Translations under genes and position numbers: made by a program | IMG/VR virus record: IMGVR_UViG_2606217775_000001 | Location: 5,964-69,963 of that record | From: a virus | Taxonomy: Duplodnaviria; Caudoviricetes | Length of the DNA: 64,000 nt | Direction: 5' to 3' (one strand) | The notes under the pieces: generated by a model | What the model was told of the DNA's origin: nothing | Databases searched by the model: none | What the model saw: the letters and a program-made list of their open reading frames with translations, nothing else | Shown: one piece after another, positions 1 through 8,970 of the stretch | Layout: the number at the start of each line of letters is the position of its first letter | Numbering within the stretch: the first letter of the stretch is position 1

Positions 1-155
1 CCAGCTGGGACGAGGTACGTCCAAGGCGCGGCTGCGGCCTGCAGGCGCGGAAACGTCTTGCGCAGGCCCACCACGAGCCAGAACTGACGCGGCAGGCTCA
101 CGAGGAAGCCCCCGGAGATCTCCGCGACGCCGATCGGGACCGGGACGGGCTTCAT
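1..155 (-). CDS. Hypothetical protein, 3' end outside window
   Basis: ATG at 155 overlaps the stop of 152..439 (ATGA); the frame stays open to the window edge (MKPVPVPIGVAEISGGFLV...). Confidence 0.5.
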   Translation of the reverse strand, partial: MKPVPVPIGVAEISGGFLVSLPRQFWLVVGLRKTFPRLQAAAAPWTYLVPA

Positions 156-439
156 GACCCGGCCTCCGTCGCCTCAGGCGCAGCCCAGCGGCTGCACGCC
201 GGCGCCTTCGCCCGCACGTCACTGGCGATGCCGGCGGTCCAGCCCCGGCGCATCAGCCCGCATTTCAGGTAGACCCGCGCCATCTGCCGGCGGACGACGT
301 GCGCACAGGATCCGCAGGTTTCACCGGCCGGGCCGGTACCGGGCAGCGCAGCGTAGCCCTTCGGAGTGGTGCCGGCCTTGAGGCGTTTTCGCTCCTGCGG
401 CGTGAGGGCACGATCGAGGTTGAAGAGGTCGGCAATCAT
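152..439 (-). CDS. Small Cys-rich phage protein (possible Zn-binding)
   Basis: CGSCxH...C...C motif; 4-bp overlaps with both neighbours. Confidence 0.7.
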   Translation of the reverse strand: MIADLFNLDRALTPQERKRLKAGTTPKGYAALPGTGPAGETCGSCAHVVRRQMARVYLKCGLMRRGWTAGIASDVRAKAPACSRWAAPEATEAGS

Positions 440-1302
440 GCGCGGCCCCTCTTGGTTCTCTTGCTCTCCGTCGGCGGCTTGCGCGGCGGCAGCCCGATCT
501 CAGCCAGGGCCTCTTCGACACGGGCGGCACAGCTGCGCAGCGTCTCGGCGGCGTGCTGGAGGCCGTGGAAGGCCTTGTCGACGCCGCTCTTCTTCAGCGC
601 GGCGACGGCGCGGCCGGTCTCCTCAGCGTCCCAGTTGAACCCGCGGAATTCGCTGATCTTGAAGCCGGCCGCGGCCTCGAAGGCCTCGACATCGCGGATG
701 ACCTGGTCGCGGTCCCCTACGCGCATCTCGACGGCTCGCCGGACGCGCTCGTCGAACGCCTCTTCCTTCTCGCGCATCCGTCGGGTGATCGCGGCCTCGA
801 CGGCGGCGTCGTCCGTCTTGGAAGCCCGGCGGAGGAGCGCGGCGAGGAAGCGGCGATCGCAGTCTTTGGCGTCCGTGCGGGTCGCCTCGCGGACGGTGGT
901 CAGCCGCTCGCCGTCGAAGTCGATCCAGCCCCAGGCCGGCGGGATCTCGTCCGAGCTCTCGACGACGCCGGGGCCCGTGACGAGCCACCACCGGTCGCAA
1001 TACGCGGCAATCGTCTCTGCCTTCTCCGGCCGCTTGCGCTCGTTGCGCCAGTCGTACCGGCTGACCTTGATCTCCATGCCGTGGAGCTCGAGGCCACGGC
1101 TCGGCCACAGGCTCATGGCGACCGCATCGGCGAAGCGCGTGTGCCGGGCGCCGGTGGCGTCGCCAACCTCGAACAGCAGCGCCCACTCCGGCGCGCAGAA
1201 GCGGCGGCGAAGCGCGACGCGCACGTCGGCCGCCGTGATGGGCTTCGCGGGCACGCGGGCTTTCGGAGGCGTGAGGAGGTCGGAGACAGGGGCCGGCTTC
1301 AC
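436..1302 (-). CDS. MmcB-like / PD-(D/E)XK nuclease-family protein
   Basis: FEV...RFADAVAMSLWPSRG...GMEIKVSRYDW motif resembles the phage MmcB-like family; C-terminal coiled coil. Confidence 0.6.
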   Translation of the reverse strand: MKPAPVSDLLTPPKARVPAKPITAADVRVALRRRFCAPEWALLFEVGDATGARHTRFADAVAMSLWPSRGLELHGMEIKVSRYDWRNERKRPEKAETIAAYCDRWWLVTGPGVVESSDEIPPAWGWIDFDGERLTTVREATRTDAKDCDRRFLAALLRRASKTDDAAVEAAITRRMREKEEAFDERVRRAVEMRVGDRDQVIRDVEAFEAAAGFKISEFRGFNWDAEETGRAVAALKKSGVDKAFHGLQHAAETLRSCAARVEEALAEIGLPPRKPPTESKRTKRGRA

Positions 1303-1667
1303 GACATCACCCCGAAAAGGTCAGGGGTCAGCGGTCGGCCGTTCGTCGCCACTGCCGGCCGAACGCCGTGTTCGGCCAGCGCCCGCAGGTCCGGGATCAT
1401 CTCCAGCTCGACCTCAGCCCGGGTGTATTCCCAGCCGGGGAGGCAGGCGTGGTGGAAGCGGTCGTTGACCTGGAGGAAGCCCGGTAGGTTCGCCCAGGTG
1501 ACGTGACACTCGCCGCGGCGCGGGTTGCTGAAGTCGAGGAACGCGACGCTGCGCTCCCCCCGAGTGGACGGATCGGCGATGGCGGCGGCCAGGGTGCGGG
1601 CGGCGATCGCCGCGTCGGCGCGCTCCTGCATGGTCGGCGGTGGGAGCTTGGGGGCGCGGCGGGTCAT
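1299..1667 (-). CDS. Hypothetical phage protein
   Basis: Coupled by ATGA/GTGA overlaps within the leftward operon. Confidence 0.7.
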   Translation of the reverse strand: MTRRAPKLPPPTMQERADAAIAARTLAAAIADPSTRGERSVAFLDFSNPRRGECHVTWANLPGFLQVNDRFHHACLPGWEYTRAEVELEMIPDLRALAEHGVRPAVATNGRPLTPDLFGVMS

Positions 1668-2020
1668 GCTGCAACCTCAGCAGCCGAGGGCCGCGCGTCG
1701 GCGCGGAGCACGATGACCGGCTTGAACCGCAGGATGGCTATCCGCGTCAGCACCGGCTCGCCGCGGGCCTTCATGGACTCGATCTCGGCATCGGAAGGCG
1801 CCGCCGGATCGTACTGCATCACCATCCAGTAGGGCTGGCCGCCGGCGCGGACGAAGGCGTGGTCGAACGCGCCATCGAGGCGCCGCCACATCTTCCCGGG
1901 GGTCGTGCCCGTCGGGTAGCTGGCGCTGTAGTCGCGCAGGTCCTCGAACTGCTGCGGGGTGAGGCGCAGGCGGGGAAGCGTCGCGATGAAGTCGCGGGGC
2001 TGCGGAACGACGCGTGTCAT
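1664..2020 (-). CDS. Hypothetical phage protein
   Basis: ATG at 2020 overlaps the stop of the upstream gene; ordinary protein-like composition. Confidence 0.7.
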   Translation of the reverse strand: MTRVVPQPRDFIATLPRLRLTPQQFEDLRDYSASYPTGTTPGKMWRRLDGAFDHAFVRAGGQPYWMVMQYDPAAPSDAEIESMKARGEPVLTRIAILRFKPVIVLRADARPSAAEVAA

Positions 2021-2457
2021 GCAGCTACTCCCGCGATATCGAGCGCGTCGGCCGCCACGAGCGGCTGCCATCGGATCAGCACACCGTGGAAAGTGTCGAC
2101 GCCGGGATGCTCGGCGCGCCAGAAGGCGTGCAACTCGTCGAAGTCGGCGAAGCCGTCGGCCCGGGCGAAGTTCTGGAGGGCGCGCGCCGTGAGCCAGTGC
2201 TCCGCGAGCGCACCCTCGGCGTCGAAGATCAGGACCTCCGGCACGCGCCGCGCGCGCGGCAGCTCGATCCGGATCGGATTGACGGACAGGCAGGGTGTCT
2301 CACCCAGCCGCCGGCACTGGCGGGTGCGCATCCCGGTGTAGAGCTGCACGAGCTCGCCCGGGCGGGCGTGACGCTTCCGTTCGGCCCGGATCGTCTGCGC
2401 CTTGGTGCCGGCGAGGATGGGCGGCCCGAACCACTTCTTGAAGCTGTAGGCGACCAC
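2017..2457 (-). CDS. ASCH/PUA-like domain protein
   Basis: N-terminal YSFKKWFGPPILAGTKAQTIR...RPGELVQLYTGMRT is typical of phage ASCH-like proteins. Confidence 0.65.
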   Translation of the reverse strand: MVAYSFKKWFGPPILAGTKAQTIRAERKRHARPGELVQLYTGMRTRQCRRLGETPCLSVNPIRIELPRARRVPEVLIFDAEGALAEHWLTARALQNFARADGFADFDELHAFWRAEHPGVDTFHGVLIRWQPLVAADALDIAGVAA

Positions 2458-2458
2458 G

Positions 2459-4543
2459 TCAGGCCTCCCCAGATGTAAGAGGCAGGTCGAGCGACGCGGC
2501 GATCGCCACGGGGCGGACCCAGATCGGCTCGCTCGACAGCAGGAAGGTCTCGCCGGCCTTCGCGAGCAGCAGCGTCCGGGCGATCACGCCCATGACGGCC
2601 TCGGCCGCGGCGGGCGGGACCATATTGCCGATCCGCTCGCGCCAGGCGCTGTCGGACTGGCCGTGCATGGCGAAGCCGACGTCTTCGGGCCCGACGTAGC
2701 TCTGGAGCGCGGCGAGCTCGAAGGTGGTGAAGGGCCGGTGCCAGGTCCCGTCGAGCGCCTGGATCACCGCGACGAGGCGGTCGTCTGGCGCCGGCAGCGC
2801 GGCGGGCGGATCGATCTCGGCGGGCTCGCGCGGGTCGGCCACGGACCAGCGGCCGTTGTCGTGCTGGCCGGAGCCGGTGACCGCGTAGGCCGATCCGCTC
2901 CAGGGCGTGACGCCGTAGTGGCCGCCGTTCTGGAACACCTCCCGGCCGCCGCGGGCGAACTCGGGCCGCGGGTCGGCGACGCACAGCGCTCCGGAGCCGA
3001 TGCGGTCCGCGCCCGTCACCGTGCCGGCGGCGCTCCCGTACGGCACCACCTTGAGCTTGTTCCGGTGTGCGGTGCCGGCCCAGGTGCAGCGCGGATCAGC
3101 AACGGCGAAGCGCCCGGTGGTCGCCTCGGCCTGTGCGGTGATCGCGCCGACTGGCTCGTCCAGCGCCAGCACGCCCATGGTCTGATCGCGCCACGGGCGG
3201 GCCGGCCGCGGATCCGCCAGCGCGAAGGCGCCCTGCCCAGTCGTCGACGCGCCGATGACGGTGCCGGCCGCCTCGCCGTAGCCGGTGACGCGATACTTGC
3301 CCGCGCCCCGGAAGCCCGCGGCTGCGCGGGGATCCGCCACGCAGGCCGCAGCGCCGGTGACGTGCCGGGCTCCCGTCACCGTGCGGGCATGATCACCCCA
3401 AGGCACGATGCGGAAGATGTTGGTGTGCGCACCTCGGGAAAAGCCGGTCCGCGGGTCGGCGACGGAGAGCGTCCCTTGCCCGGGCGATTTCTGGCCGGTG
3501 ACCACGCCCGCCGTCTGATCCCACCGCTTCACGCCGAGTTGCGCGTACTCGTGCCCGTAGCCCGGGCGGGGATCGGCTACCGCGAAGGTGCCGGTGGTCG
3601 GCGAGCCGCGCCCCGTGACGACGCCGGCCGTCTCATCCCACGCCCGGACGCCGAGGACGCCGCGATGCCAGTTCGCGCCCGGCTCGATCGCGTAGTCCTG
3701 CAGAATGCCGTCGGCGATGCGCAGGCGGTTGAGCGAGCGCCAGTCCGACCCGGCCTCGACGAACGCGAGGCGCACCCACGTCTTCCACTGGAGCGCCGGC
3801 ATCCGGTGCATCGGGCCCGCGGCCGGGTCGCCCGGGAGCGGGAGCGCGTCGAGGACCTCGCCGACGCCGCGCAGGCGCTTCTTCTCGGGCTCGTACAGGA
3901 AGGGCGGGACCTTCTGCGCGTGCCGGGCCACCAAGAGGAAGCGCTTCCGGCTCTGCGCGAGGCCGCCCAGCACGCCGCAGTCGTGCGTCGTCTCGGCGAA
4001 CACGTAGCCGTAGGCGGTGAGCAGCGCGCCGATCTGGTCGAGGAGCTGCCGCCCGCGGGTCGCGATGCGCGGCACGTTCTCGAACAGGATGAACTCGGGC
4101 GGATCGTCCTGCCACGCCTCCAGGGTGAGCCAGACGGCGCGCAGGGTGAGGCCGTTCAGCGCCTGGTACTTCGCGCTGACCGAGAGCTTGTCCGAGAGCA
4201 GGCCGGAGAAGCCCTTGCAGGGCGCCGACATGAAGACGACGTGCGGGCGCTCGCCATGGGCGGCGCGCTGGAAGTCCTGCGGCGAGGCCTCGCGCCAGCC
4301 TGACGGCGGCACGCGACCATGGAACGCCGCGTACTGCTCGGCCGTGAAGAGGTCGAGCACGGTGCCGGGCACGCCCGCGACGCGGTCGAAGTCGGCGATG
4401 CCAGCCGGGTCGACGTCGACGCCGCCGATGCACCGCGGCTTGGCCACGACATGGCCGACGCGGGCCTGACCGCGGTTGAAGCCCTTGGCGCCGCCGCCGG
4501 CCCCGCCGCAGACGTGGAAATGCAGGATCTTTTGCTGGATCAC
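2459..4543 (-). CDS. DNA (cytosine-5)-methyltransferase with seven internal ~40-aa repeats
   Basis: C5-MTase motifs in order: I (CGGAGGG), IV (SAPCKGFS), VI (ENV), VIII (QSRKR), X (RIGNMVPP). GTG start at 4543 overlaps the upstream stop. Confidence 0.9.
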   Translation of the reverse strand: MIQQKILHFHVCGGAGGGAKGFNRGQARVGHVVAKPRCIGGVDVDPAGIADFDRVAGVPGTVLDLFTAEQYAAFHGRVPPSGWREASPQDFQRAAHGERPHVVFMSAPCKGFSGLLSDKLSVSAKYQALNGLTLRAVWLTLEAWQDDPPEFILFENVPRIATRGRQLLDQIGALLTAYGYVFAETTHDCGVLGGLAQSRKRFLLVARHAQKVPPFLYEPEKKRLRGVGEVLDALPLPGDPAAGPMHRMPALQWKTWVRLAFVEAGSDWRSLNRLRIADGILQDYAIEPGANWHRGVLGVRAWDETAGVVTGRGSPTTGTFAVADPRPGYGHEYAQLGVKRWDQTAGVVTGQKSPGQGTLSVADPRTGFSRGAHTNIFRIVPWGDHARTVTGARHVTGAAACVADPRAAAGFRGAGKYRVTGYGEAAGTVIGASTTGQGAFALADPRPARPWRDQTMGVLALDEPVGAITAQAEATTGRFAVADPRCTWAGTAHRNKLKVVPYGSAAGTVTGADRIGSGALCVADPRPEFARGGREVFQNGGHYGVTPWSGSAYAVTGSGQHDNGRWSVADPREPAEIDPPAALPAPDDRLVAVIQALDGTWHRPFTTFELAALQSYVGPEDVGFAMHGQSDSAWRERIGNMVPPAAAEAVMGVIARTLLLAKAGETFLLSSEPIWVRPVAIAASLDLPLTSGEA

Positions 4544-4749
4544 GAACGGGCCTCGGCGGCGGATGGGAGGGGTGGCGCGGCTTGGGCCTCGGCCTGGGTG
4601 TTGTCGTTGGCCGCTCGCTCCGCCGCCTCCTTCCGCGCGATCGCCTTCCGCAGCTGCTCGTCGAGCCACGGGATCAGCACGATCGCGACGGCGATCGACA
4701 GGACGAAAAGGCCCATGGCGAGGGCGAGCGGGGCGGAGCGGCCGGTCAT
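4540..4749 (-). CDS. Small single-pass membrane protein
   Basis: Hydrophobic N-terminus (LALAMGLFVLSIAVAIVLIPW) plus a charged helix; ATGA overlaps on both sides. Confidence 0.6.
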   Translation of the reverse strand: MTGRSAPLALAMGLFVLSIAVAIVLIPWLDEQLRKAIARKEAAERAANDNTQAEAQAAPPLPSAAEARS

Positions 4750-5513
4750 GTGCACCCACCCTGGCAAGGGGGCTGCGGCACGCCCTCGACCGCCATCCTC
4801 AGCAGCGCGTTGCGAATGGTGGTATGGTCGCGATCGCCGAACAGGCGGCCCAGGCCGACGAGCGGGAGGTCCGGACGCGCCGCGCGGACGGCGGCGATCG
4901 CGGCCCAGCGGGCGCGGATCAGCGGCGCGGTCTTGCCGGGACCGATGATCTCGGCCCGGGTGATGCCGAAGGCGGCCGCCACGTCGTCGATGATCCGCTC
5001 GGGCTCACGGGCGACCGGCGGCTGAGGGACGCCTAGGACGGCTACCCTGCGCAGCGCGTAGCGGATCCCGGTCGGGTCGCGGTCGAAGGCACGCCCGAGC
5101 TGCCCGAACGACAGATCTGGGCGGGCTTCACGCACCGCGACGATCGCCGCCCAGCGCGCCCGCACGAGCGGCGCGACCTGGCTGAAGCTGAGGATGTCCG
5201 CGTAGGCGAACCCGAAGGCCTCGGCGACGCGGGCGATGATGCGCTTGGGCTCGCGGGCGGTCTGCTCTGGGTCGAGGACCTGAAAGACGCGCGCGTCCAT
5301 CTCGGACCGAGCCGCGAGCGCGGCCGCTTCACGCTCTTGAGCCTCTCGCTGGACCCGCTCGCGCTGCGCCTCGACGAGGGCCCGCGTGCGGCCATGCTCC
5401 TGGCGGGGACGCACCGTGCGGAGCGCCCAGGTCCGCTCCCGCAGGGCGCGGTAGTGCGCCTGCAGGGCGGCAGCATCCGTGAACTCGCGAACGGGGGCGC
5501 CCTGACGGAGCAT
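4746..5513 (-). CDS. Protein with two tandem DnaA C-terminal (domain IV)-like HTH domains
   Basis: Two similar ~65-aa units (IIxxVAxAFG...ARWAAI...RPDL...LGRxF..RDxTxI); the second contains RDHTTI, as in DnaA domain IV. Confidence 0.7.
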   Translation of the reverse strand: MLRQGAPVREFTDAAALQAHYRALRERTWALRTVRPRQEHGRTRALVEAQRERVQREAQEREAAALAARSEMDARVFQVLDPEQTAREPKRIIARVAEAFGFAYADILSFSQVAPLVRARWAAIVAVREARPDLSFGQLGRAFDRDPTGIRYALRRVAVLGVPQPPVAREPERIIDDVAAAFGITRAEIIGPGKTAPLIRARWAAIAAVRAARPDLPLVGLGRLFGDRDHTTIRNALLRMAVEGVPQPPCQGGCT

Positions 5514-5797
5514 CAGCGCGGCTCCCCGGTCGCGGCGGTGGCGAGCGGCGTCGACAGGTCGACGATCACCTCTGCGGTGTTGGCGAGTGACACGCGCTGA
5601 TCGCGCGGCATGCGGTAGAAGGCGGCGGCGAGACGTGCGCCCGCGGGGTCGAGGAGCAGTGCGGCGACATGCACGCTGGGGCTCTGCTCGGCCACGGGGG
5701 ACTCGCGGCGGGGCGCGGTGAAGTGCTCGACCGGGAGGTTGAGCGTCGCCGCGATCTGGCCGAGCAGCGCGCCGGAGCGGGATGGGGCGGCGTTCAT
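5513..5797 (-). CDS. Hypothetical protein (possible degenerate XRE HTH)
   Basis: LGQIAATLNLPVEHF resembles the end of an XRE helix; coupled overlaps. Confidence 0.55.
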   Translation of the reverse strand: MNAAPSRSGALLGQIAATLNLPVEHFTAPRRESPVAEQSPSVHVAALLLDPAGARLAAAFYRMPRDQRVSLANTAEVIVDLSTPLATAATGEPR

Positions 5798-6189
5798 TGG
5801 GCGCGCCCCTGGGTCGGGGCGCGGAACTCCTGCACGATATCGATCGTGGCAGGCTTGTCGAAGATGTCCCGCACCCGGTCGACGAGCGAGTCCAAGAGCA
5901 CGATCGCGATGCGCTCCGCGGAACCCTCGTCCCCGTCAGCGCACGAAAGGCAGAAGCTCGCGATCACGTTGGCGATCGCGCTCGCCAACATCACGCTCGT
6001 GGTGCGGCCGTCGACGCCCAGATCCATCGCTTCCGCGATCGGGGTCAGGGCGCTTTCCATGACGGCGTGCGCGAGCTCGCGATTGATCGCCTCCAGGCGA
6101 TCCTTTGGCGGAGGAAGCGCCTTGGCGGCTTCGTTGGCGGCGGCGAATGCGGCCACCAGCGCATCTCGGCGGGGACTGAGCGTCGTCAT
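5794..6189 (-). CDS. Hypothetical protein
   Basis: ATG at 6189 in an ATGA overlap; helical composition. Confidence 0.65.
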   Translation of the reverse strand: MTTLSPRRDALVAAFAAANEAAKALPPPKDRLEAINRELAHAVMESALTPIAEAMDLGVDGRTTSVMLASAIANVIASFCLSCADGDEGSAERIAIVLLDSLVDRVRDIFDKPATIDIVQEFRAPTQGRAQ

Positions 6190-6419
6190 CGGGCGCACCA
6201 CAGCGGCGAGGGAGCGGGAGGCGGGGCGGCGTAGTCCAGGCGTTCCGGCGGGCAGTCGGCGACCCCGAAGCGGCCGTCGAAGCGGACGGCGATGCCCTTC
6301 AGCCCGGCGCGGGGCGGCGCCACCGTCCCGAGGCGGCCGGAGAGACGTTCGACCACGCGGGCGCCGATGGCGGTCGGCGCGTGCGGGTGCGTCTGCTTGA
6401 TGAGGTCGTAGGCCATCAC
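6186..6419 (-). CDS. Hypothetical protein
   Basis: GTGA overlap with the upstream gene. Confidence 0.6.
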   Translation of the reverse strand: MMAYDLIKQTHPHAPTAIGARVVERLSGRLGTVAPPRAGLKGIAVRFDGRFGVADCPPERLDYAAPPPAPSPLWCAR

Positions 6420-6817
6420 GGCAGCTCCCCGCGGTCGGGGATGCTCACGCCGGCGGCCCGGGCCCGGGCGTCGTCGAACCGCTGCATGCGGCCGCTGAGG
6501 GCGAGCTGCCCGTTGCTGCGAAGGCGCCCCTGCTCGGCGAGCCGGATCAGCGCGTCGAGCGCGGCCGCGGCGATGACCTCCTCGTCCTGGATGCCCTCGG
6601 TCGGGCCGTAACAGGCGAGCAGGGCGACCGGGATCCGCTGACCCGGCGCGCCCCGATCATCGGGATGCGGGGGCGTGCCCACTTCCTTCAGGAACGGGTC
6701 GAGCAGCTGCAGCGGCAGGGACACGTGGCCCACGAAGTGCCGACGCTTCCAGTCCCAGCTCACGTCGACGAGCTCGCCGTGAAAGGCGCCCGGCCGGGCT
6801 TCGCGCGGGCCGCTCAC
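6416..6817 (-). CDS. Hypothetical protein
   Basis: GTG at 6817 overlaps the stop of the upstream ORF. Confidence 0.6.
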   Translation of the reverse strand: MSGPREARPGAFHGELVDVSWDWKRRHFVGHVSLPLQLLDPFLKEVGTPPHPDDRGAPGQRIPVALLACYGPTEGIQDEEVIAAAALDALIRLAEQGRLRSNGQLALSGRMQRFDDARARAAGVSIPDRGELP

Positions 6818-7104
6818 GACAGGATCGCCCAGGTGTAGGCGCCGAAGGCGGCGAGCACGGCGATCGCCACGACGTCGCGGGCGTGGCCGAGCGCCTGGAT
6901 CCAAGGCCGCTCGGAGGCCGCCAGCTCGACGTAGGTCGGGACGAGGGCCATCGCCTCGGAGAGGTGCGCCTCGACGTCCTCGGCCAGGAACTCGGCCTTG
7001 AGCGCCGCGGCGGCCAGCGCCGGGCTGATGCGGGTGACGGGGTCGAGGCGGGCCAGCCGGCGCGCCATCGGGATCGTGGTCGGGATGAGGGTACGCTGGA
7101 TCAC
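6814..7104 (-). CDS. Hypothetical protein with C-terminal TM helix
   Basis: GTG at 7104 in a GTGA overlap; hydrophobic C-terminus VVAIAVLAAFGAYTWAILS. Confidence 0.6.
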   Translation of the reverse strand: MIQRTLIPTTIPMARRLARLDPVTRISPALAAAALKAEFLAEDVEAHLSEAMALVPTYVELAASERPWIQALGHARDVVAIAVLAAFGAYTWAILS

Positions 7105-7556
7105 GACTGGTTCTCCGGGTTCGAGGCGGGGGCGGCGGGAAGCGGGTGAGCGGCGGCGTCCATCGCGATCAGCGCCCGGGCGACGAGCTTGCGAAGCGCG
7201 AGAGCCTCTTTGGGATCGAGGACCGCCGGCGGGACGCCGCGTCCCCAGATGACGGCGCGGTCGAGCGCATCGGGGCCGGACGCGAGGACGATCATCACGT
7301 GCGCCCCGACATCGAGCGCGAGGGCAGACACGTCGGCGGGGTTGAGCGGACCGGCCTTGCGGGGCGGCACCGGCAAGGCGTCGAGGGCCGCCAAGACTGC
7401 CCGGACCTCGAAGAGCGCGCCGTCCAGGACCTCGTCGTCCCGCAGGCGATCGCCGAGACCGTCGATCTGTGCCTGCGGCCAGCCCTGGGCGCGCCACAGC
7501 GCTTCCAGTGCAGCGCGCTCGCGGCGGTCGGGGATGAGGTCGATCCGGCGGGTCAT
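7101..7556 (-). CDS. Hypothetical protein
   Basis: Coupled ORF within the leftward operon. Confidence 0.65.
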   Translation of the reverse strand: MTRRIDLIPDRRERAALEALWRAQGWPQAQIDGLGDRLRDDEVLDGALFEVRAVLAALDALPVPPRKAGPLNPADVSALALDVGAHVMIVLASGPDALDRAVIWGRGVPPAVLDPKEALALRKLVARALIAMDAAAHPLPAAPASNPENQS

Positions 7557-7924
7557 GCGCGCGGCCCCCGCAGGCAGGCCGGCAGCGGCACCTTGGGCGC
7601 GTCCTCACCGCTGTTGCACTCCAGCGAGAGGAGACCGATCAGGAGGCCGAGGTAGTAGGCCGCCTGGGGCTCAGTCGCGAACTCATCCGGGATCTGCGCC
7701 TTGGCCCACTCGCTGAGCTCGGACAGATCGTTCGCCTTCTGCGCCGAGCTGGCGACAGGGCGGCGGCCGCCGAGGCCGGAGCGCGTGGGCCAGCCACCGC
7801 AGGCGTTGCCGACCGGGCCCGAGGCCGGCCCGCGGAACACTTGCCCGAAGAAGGACTGGAGCTGCTGGTCGAACCCGAGCACGACGTGCCGGTCCGGCCG
7901 GTCGAGGAGCAGGTGGCGGCTCAC
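7553..7924 (-). CDS. Hypothetical protein
   Basis: Coupled ORF (GTGA overlap). Confidence 0.6.
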   Translation of the reverse strand: MSRHLLLDRPDRHVVLGFDQQLQSFFGQVFRGPASGPVGNACGGWPTRSGLGGRRPVASSAQKANDLSELSEWAKAQIPDEFATEPQAAYYLGLLIGLLSLECNSGEDAPKVPLPACLRGPRA

Positions 7925-8202
7925 GAGATCACTCCCACGGGCACGGGGTCGTAGGCGGGCAGCTCGGCGTGGTGGACGAGCGTCAGGCCGTCATTGGTGC
8001 GGGCGAGGACGGCGCCGGACTCGTGGAGGTCGAGCGCCGCTAGGCGGCTCCGGAAGGCCCGGGCGACCGGATGGGTTGGGCGCAGCAGCGTGCCGTTCCC
8101 CGGCAGGCGGTCGAGCCAGTCGACGACGTAGACCGTCTCTCCGGTGCTCTCGTCGAGCACCACGCGGCGGCCGGCGAGCGGATGATCCTTGGCGTGGGGC
8201 AT
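7921..8202 (-). CDS. Hypothetical protein
   Basis: GGAGG RBS and TGAcATG junction. Confidence 0.65.
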   Translation of the reverse strand: MPHAKDHPLAGRRVVLDESTGETVYVVDWLDRLPGNGTLLRPTHPVARAFRSRLAALDLHESGAVLARTNDGLTLVHHAELPAYDPVPVGVIS

Positions 8203-8203
8203 G

Positions 8204-8692
8204 TCAGGCAGCCTCCCCGTAGCGGCGGCGCGCCGCGGTCTCTGCGCCGTCCTGCAGGACGGCTTCGACGAGCCTCTCGCGCACCACGGTCTCGACGATG
8301 CGGCGGGCGAGCTCGCCGGCGCGGATCCCGCGCGCGGCCGCGGCCAACCGGAGGCCTTCGGCGATCGCCGGCGCGACCCGCAGCTCGGCGCTCTCGATCT
8401 CGATCCGGCGGGCGTCGAGGAATAGCTCGCGCTGCTCGGCCGGATCGGCGCGGTGGAAGACGTGCGTCAGGGCGATCCAGCCGTACTCGCGCACCAGGAC
8501 CATCGGGCCCGTCTTGCCGGCACAGCGCGCAGGCGCCTCGACCTCGGTGGCGACGGGCTGGCCGTCCCGGAACTGCCCGACCCACACCAGGATCGGCGCG
8601 CCGACCGGATAGGCGGCGTTGAAGGCAGCCACGCGGGCCTGACGGAGCGTCGGGCTCGGGCCGGGCGTGAGGGTCGGGCGCAGGCGAGCCAT
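8204..8692 (-). CDS. Hypothetical phage protein (C-terminal RHH-like segment)
   Basis: AAFNAAYPVG N-terminal motif; GGAGG RBS and TGAcATG junction. Confidence 0.65.
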   Translation of the reverse strand: MARLRPTLTPGPSPTLRQARVAAFNAAYPVGAPILVWVGQFRDGQPVATEVEAPARCAGKTGPMVLVREYGWIALTHVFHRADPAEQRELFLDARRIEIESAELRVAPAIAEGLRLAAAARGIRAGELARRIVETVVRERLVEAVLQDGAETAARRRYGEAA

Positions 8693-8693
8693 G

Positions 8694-8969
8694 TCAGGCC
8701 CTCCCCGCGCGGCGAAGGACCTGGCCGCCCGGGCGCCAGGCCTCGAAGACGACGGCGAGGTGCTCGTCGCACCAGGAGCCGTGCTTGTTCGGGCCGCCCT
8801 GGCTGGTCGGCCGGCCGCAGAAACGGTGGTCCGTGCCGACGGACGAGCACGGGAAGCGGCACTGCCGGCCCGGCTTGATCTCCTCCAGCCGGTAGGCGCC
8901 GAAGGCCGGCGTCGGCGGGGTGATCGGCGCCGGCTCGGGCGCGGGCTGGCGGCGGGCGCGGGCGGCCAT
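8694..8969 (-). CDS. GcrA-like protein, C-terminal (sigma70-interacting) domain only
   Basis: LEEI...CRFP...FCGRP...SWCDEH..VVF matches the GcrA C-terminal CxWP...FCG...YCxxH pattern; no N-terminal DNA-binding domain. Confidence 0.7.
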   Translation of the reverse strand: MAARARRQPAPEPAPITPPTPAFGAYRLEEIKPGRQCRFPCSSVGTDHRFCGRPTSQGGPNKHGSWCDEHLAVVFEAWRPGGQVLRRAGRA

Positions 8970-8970
8970 G

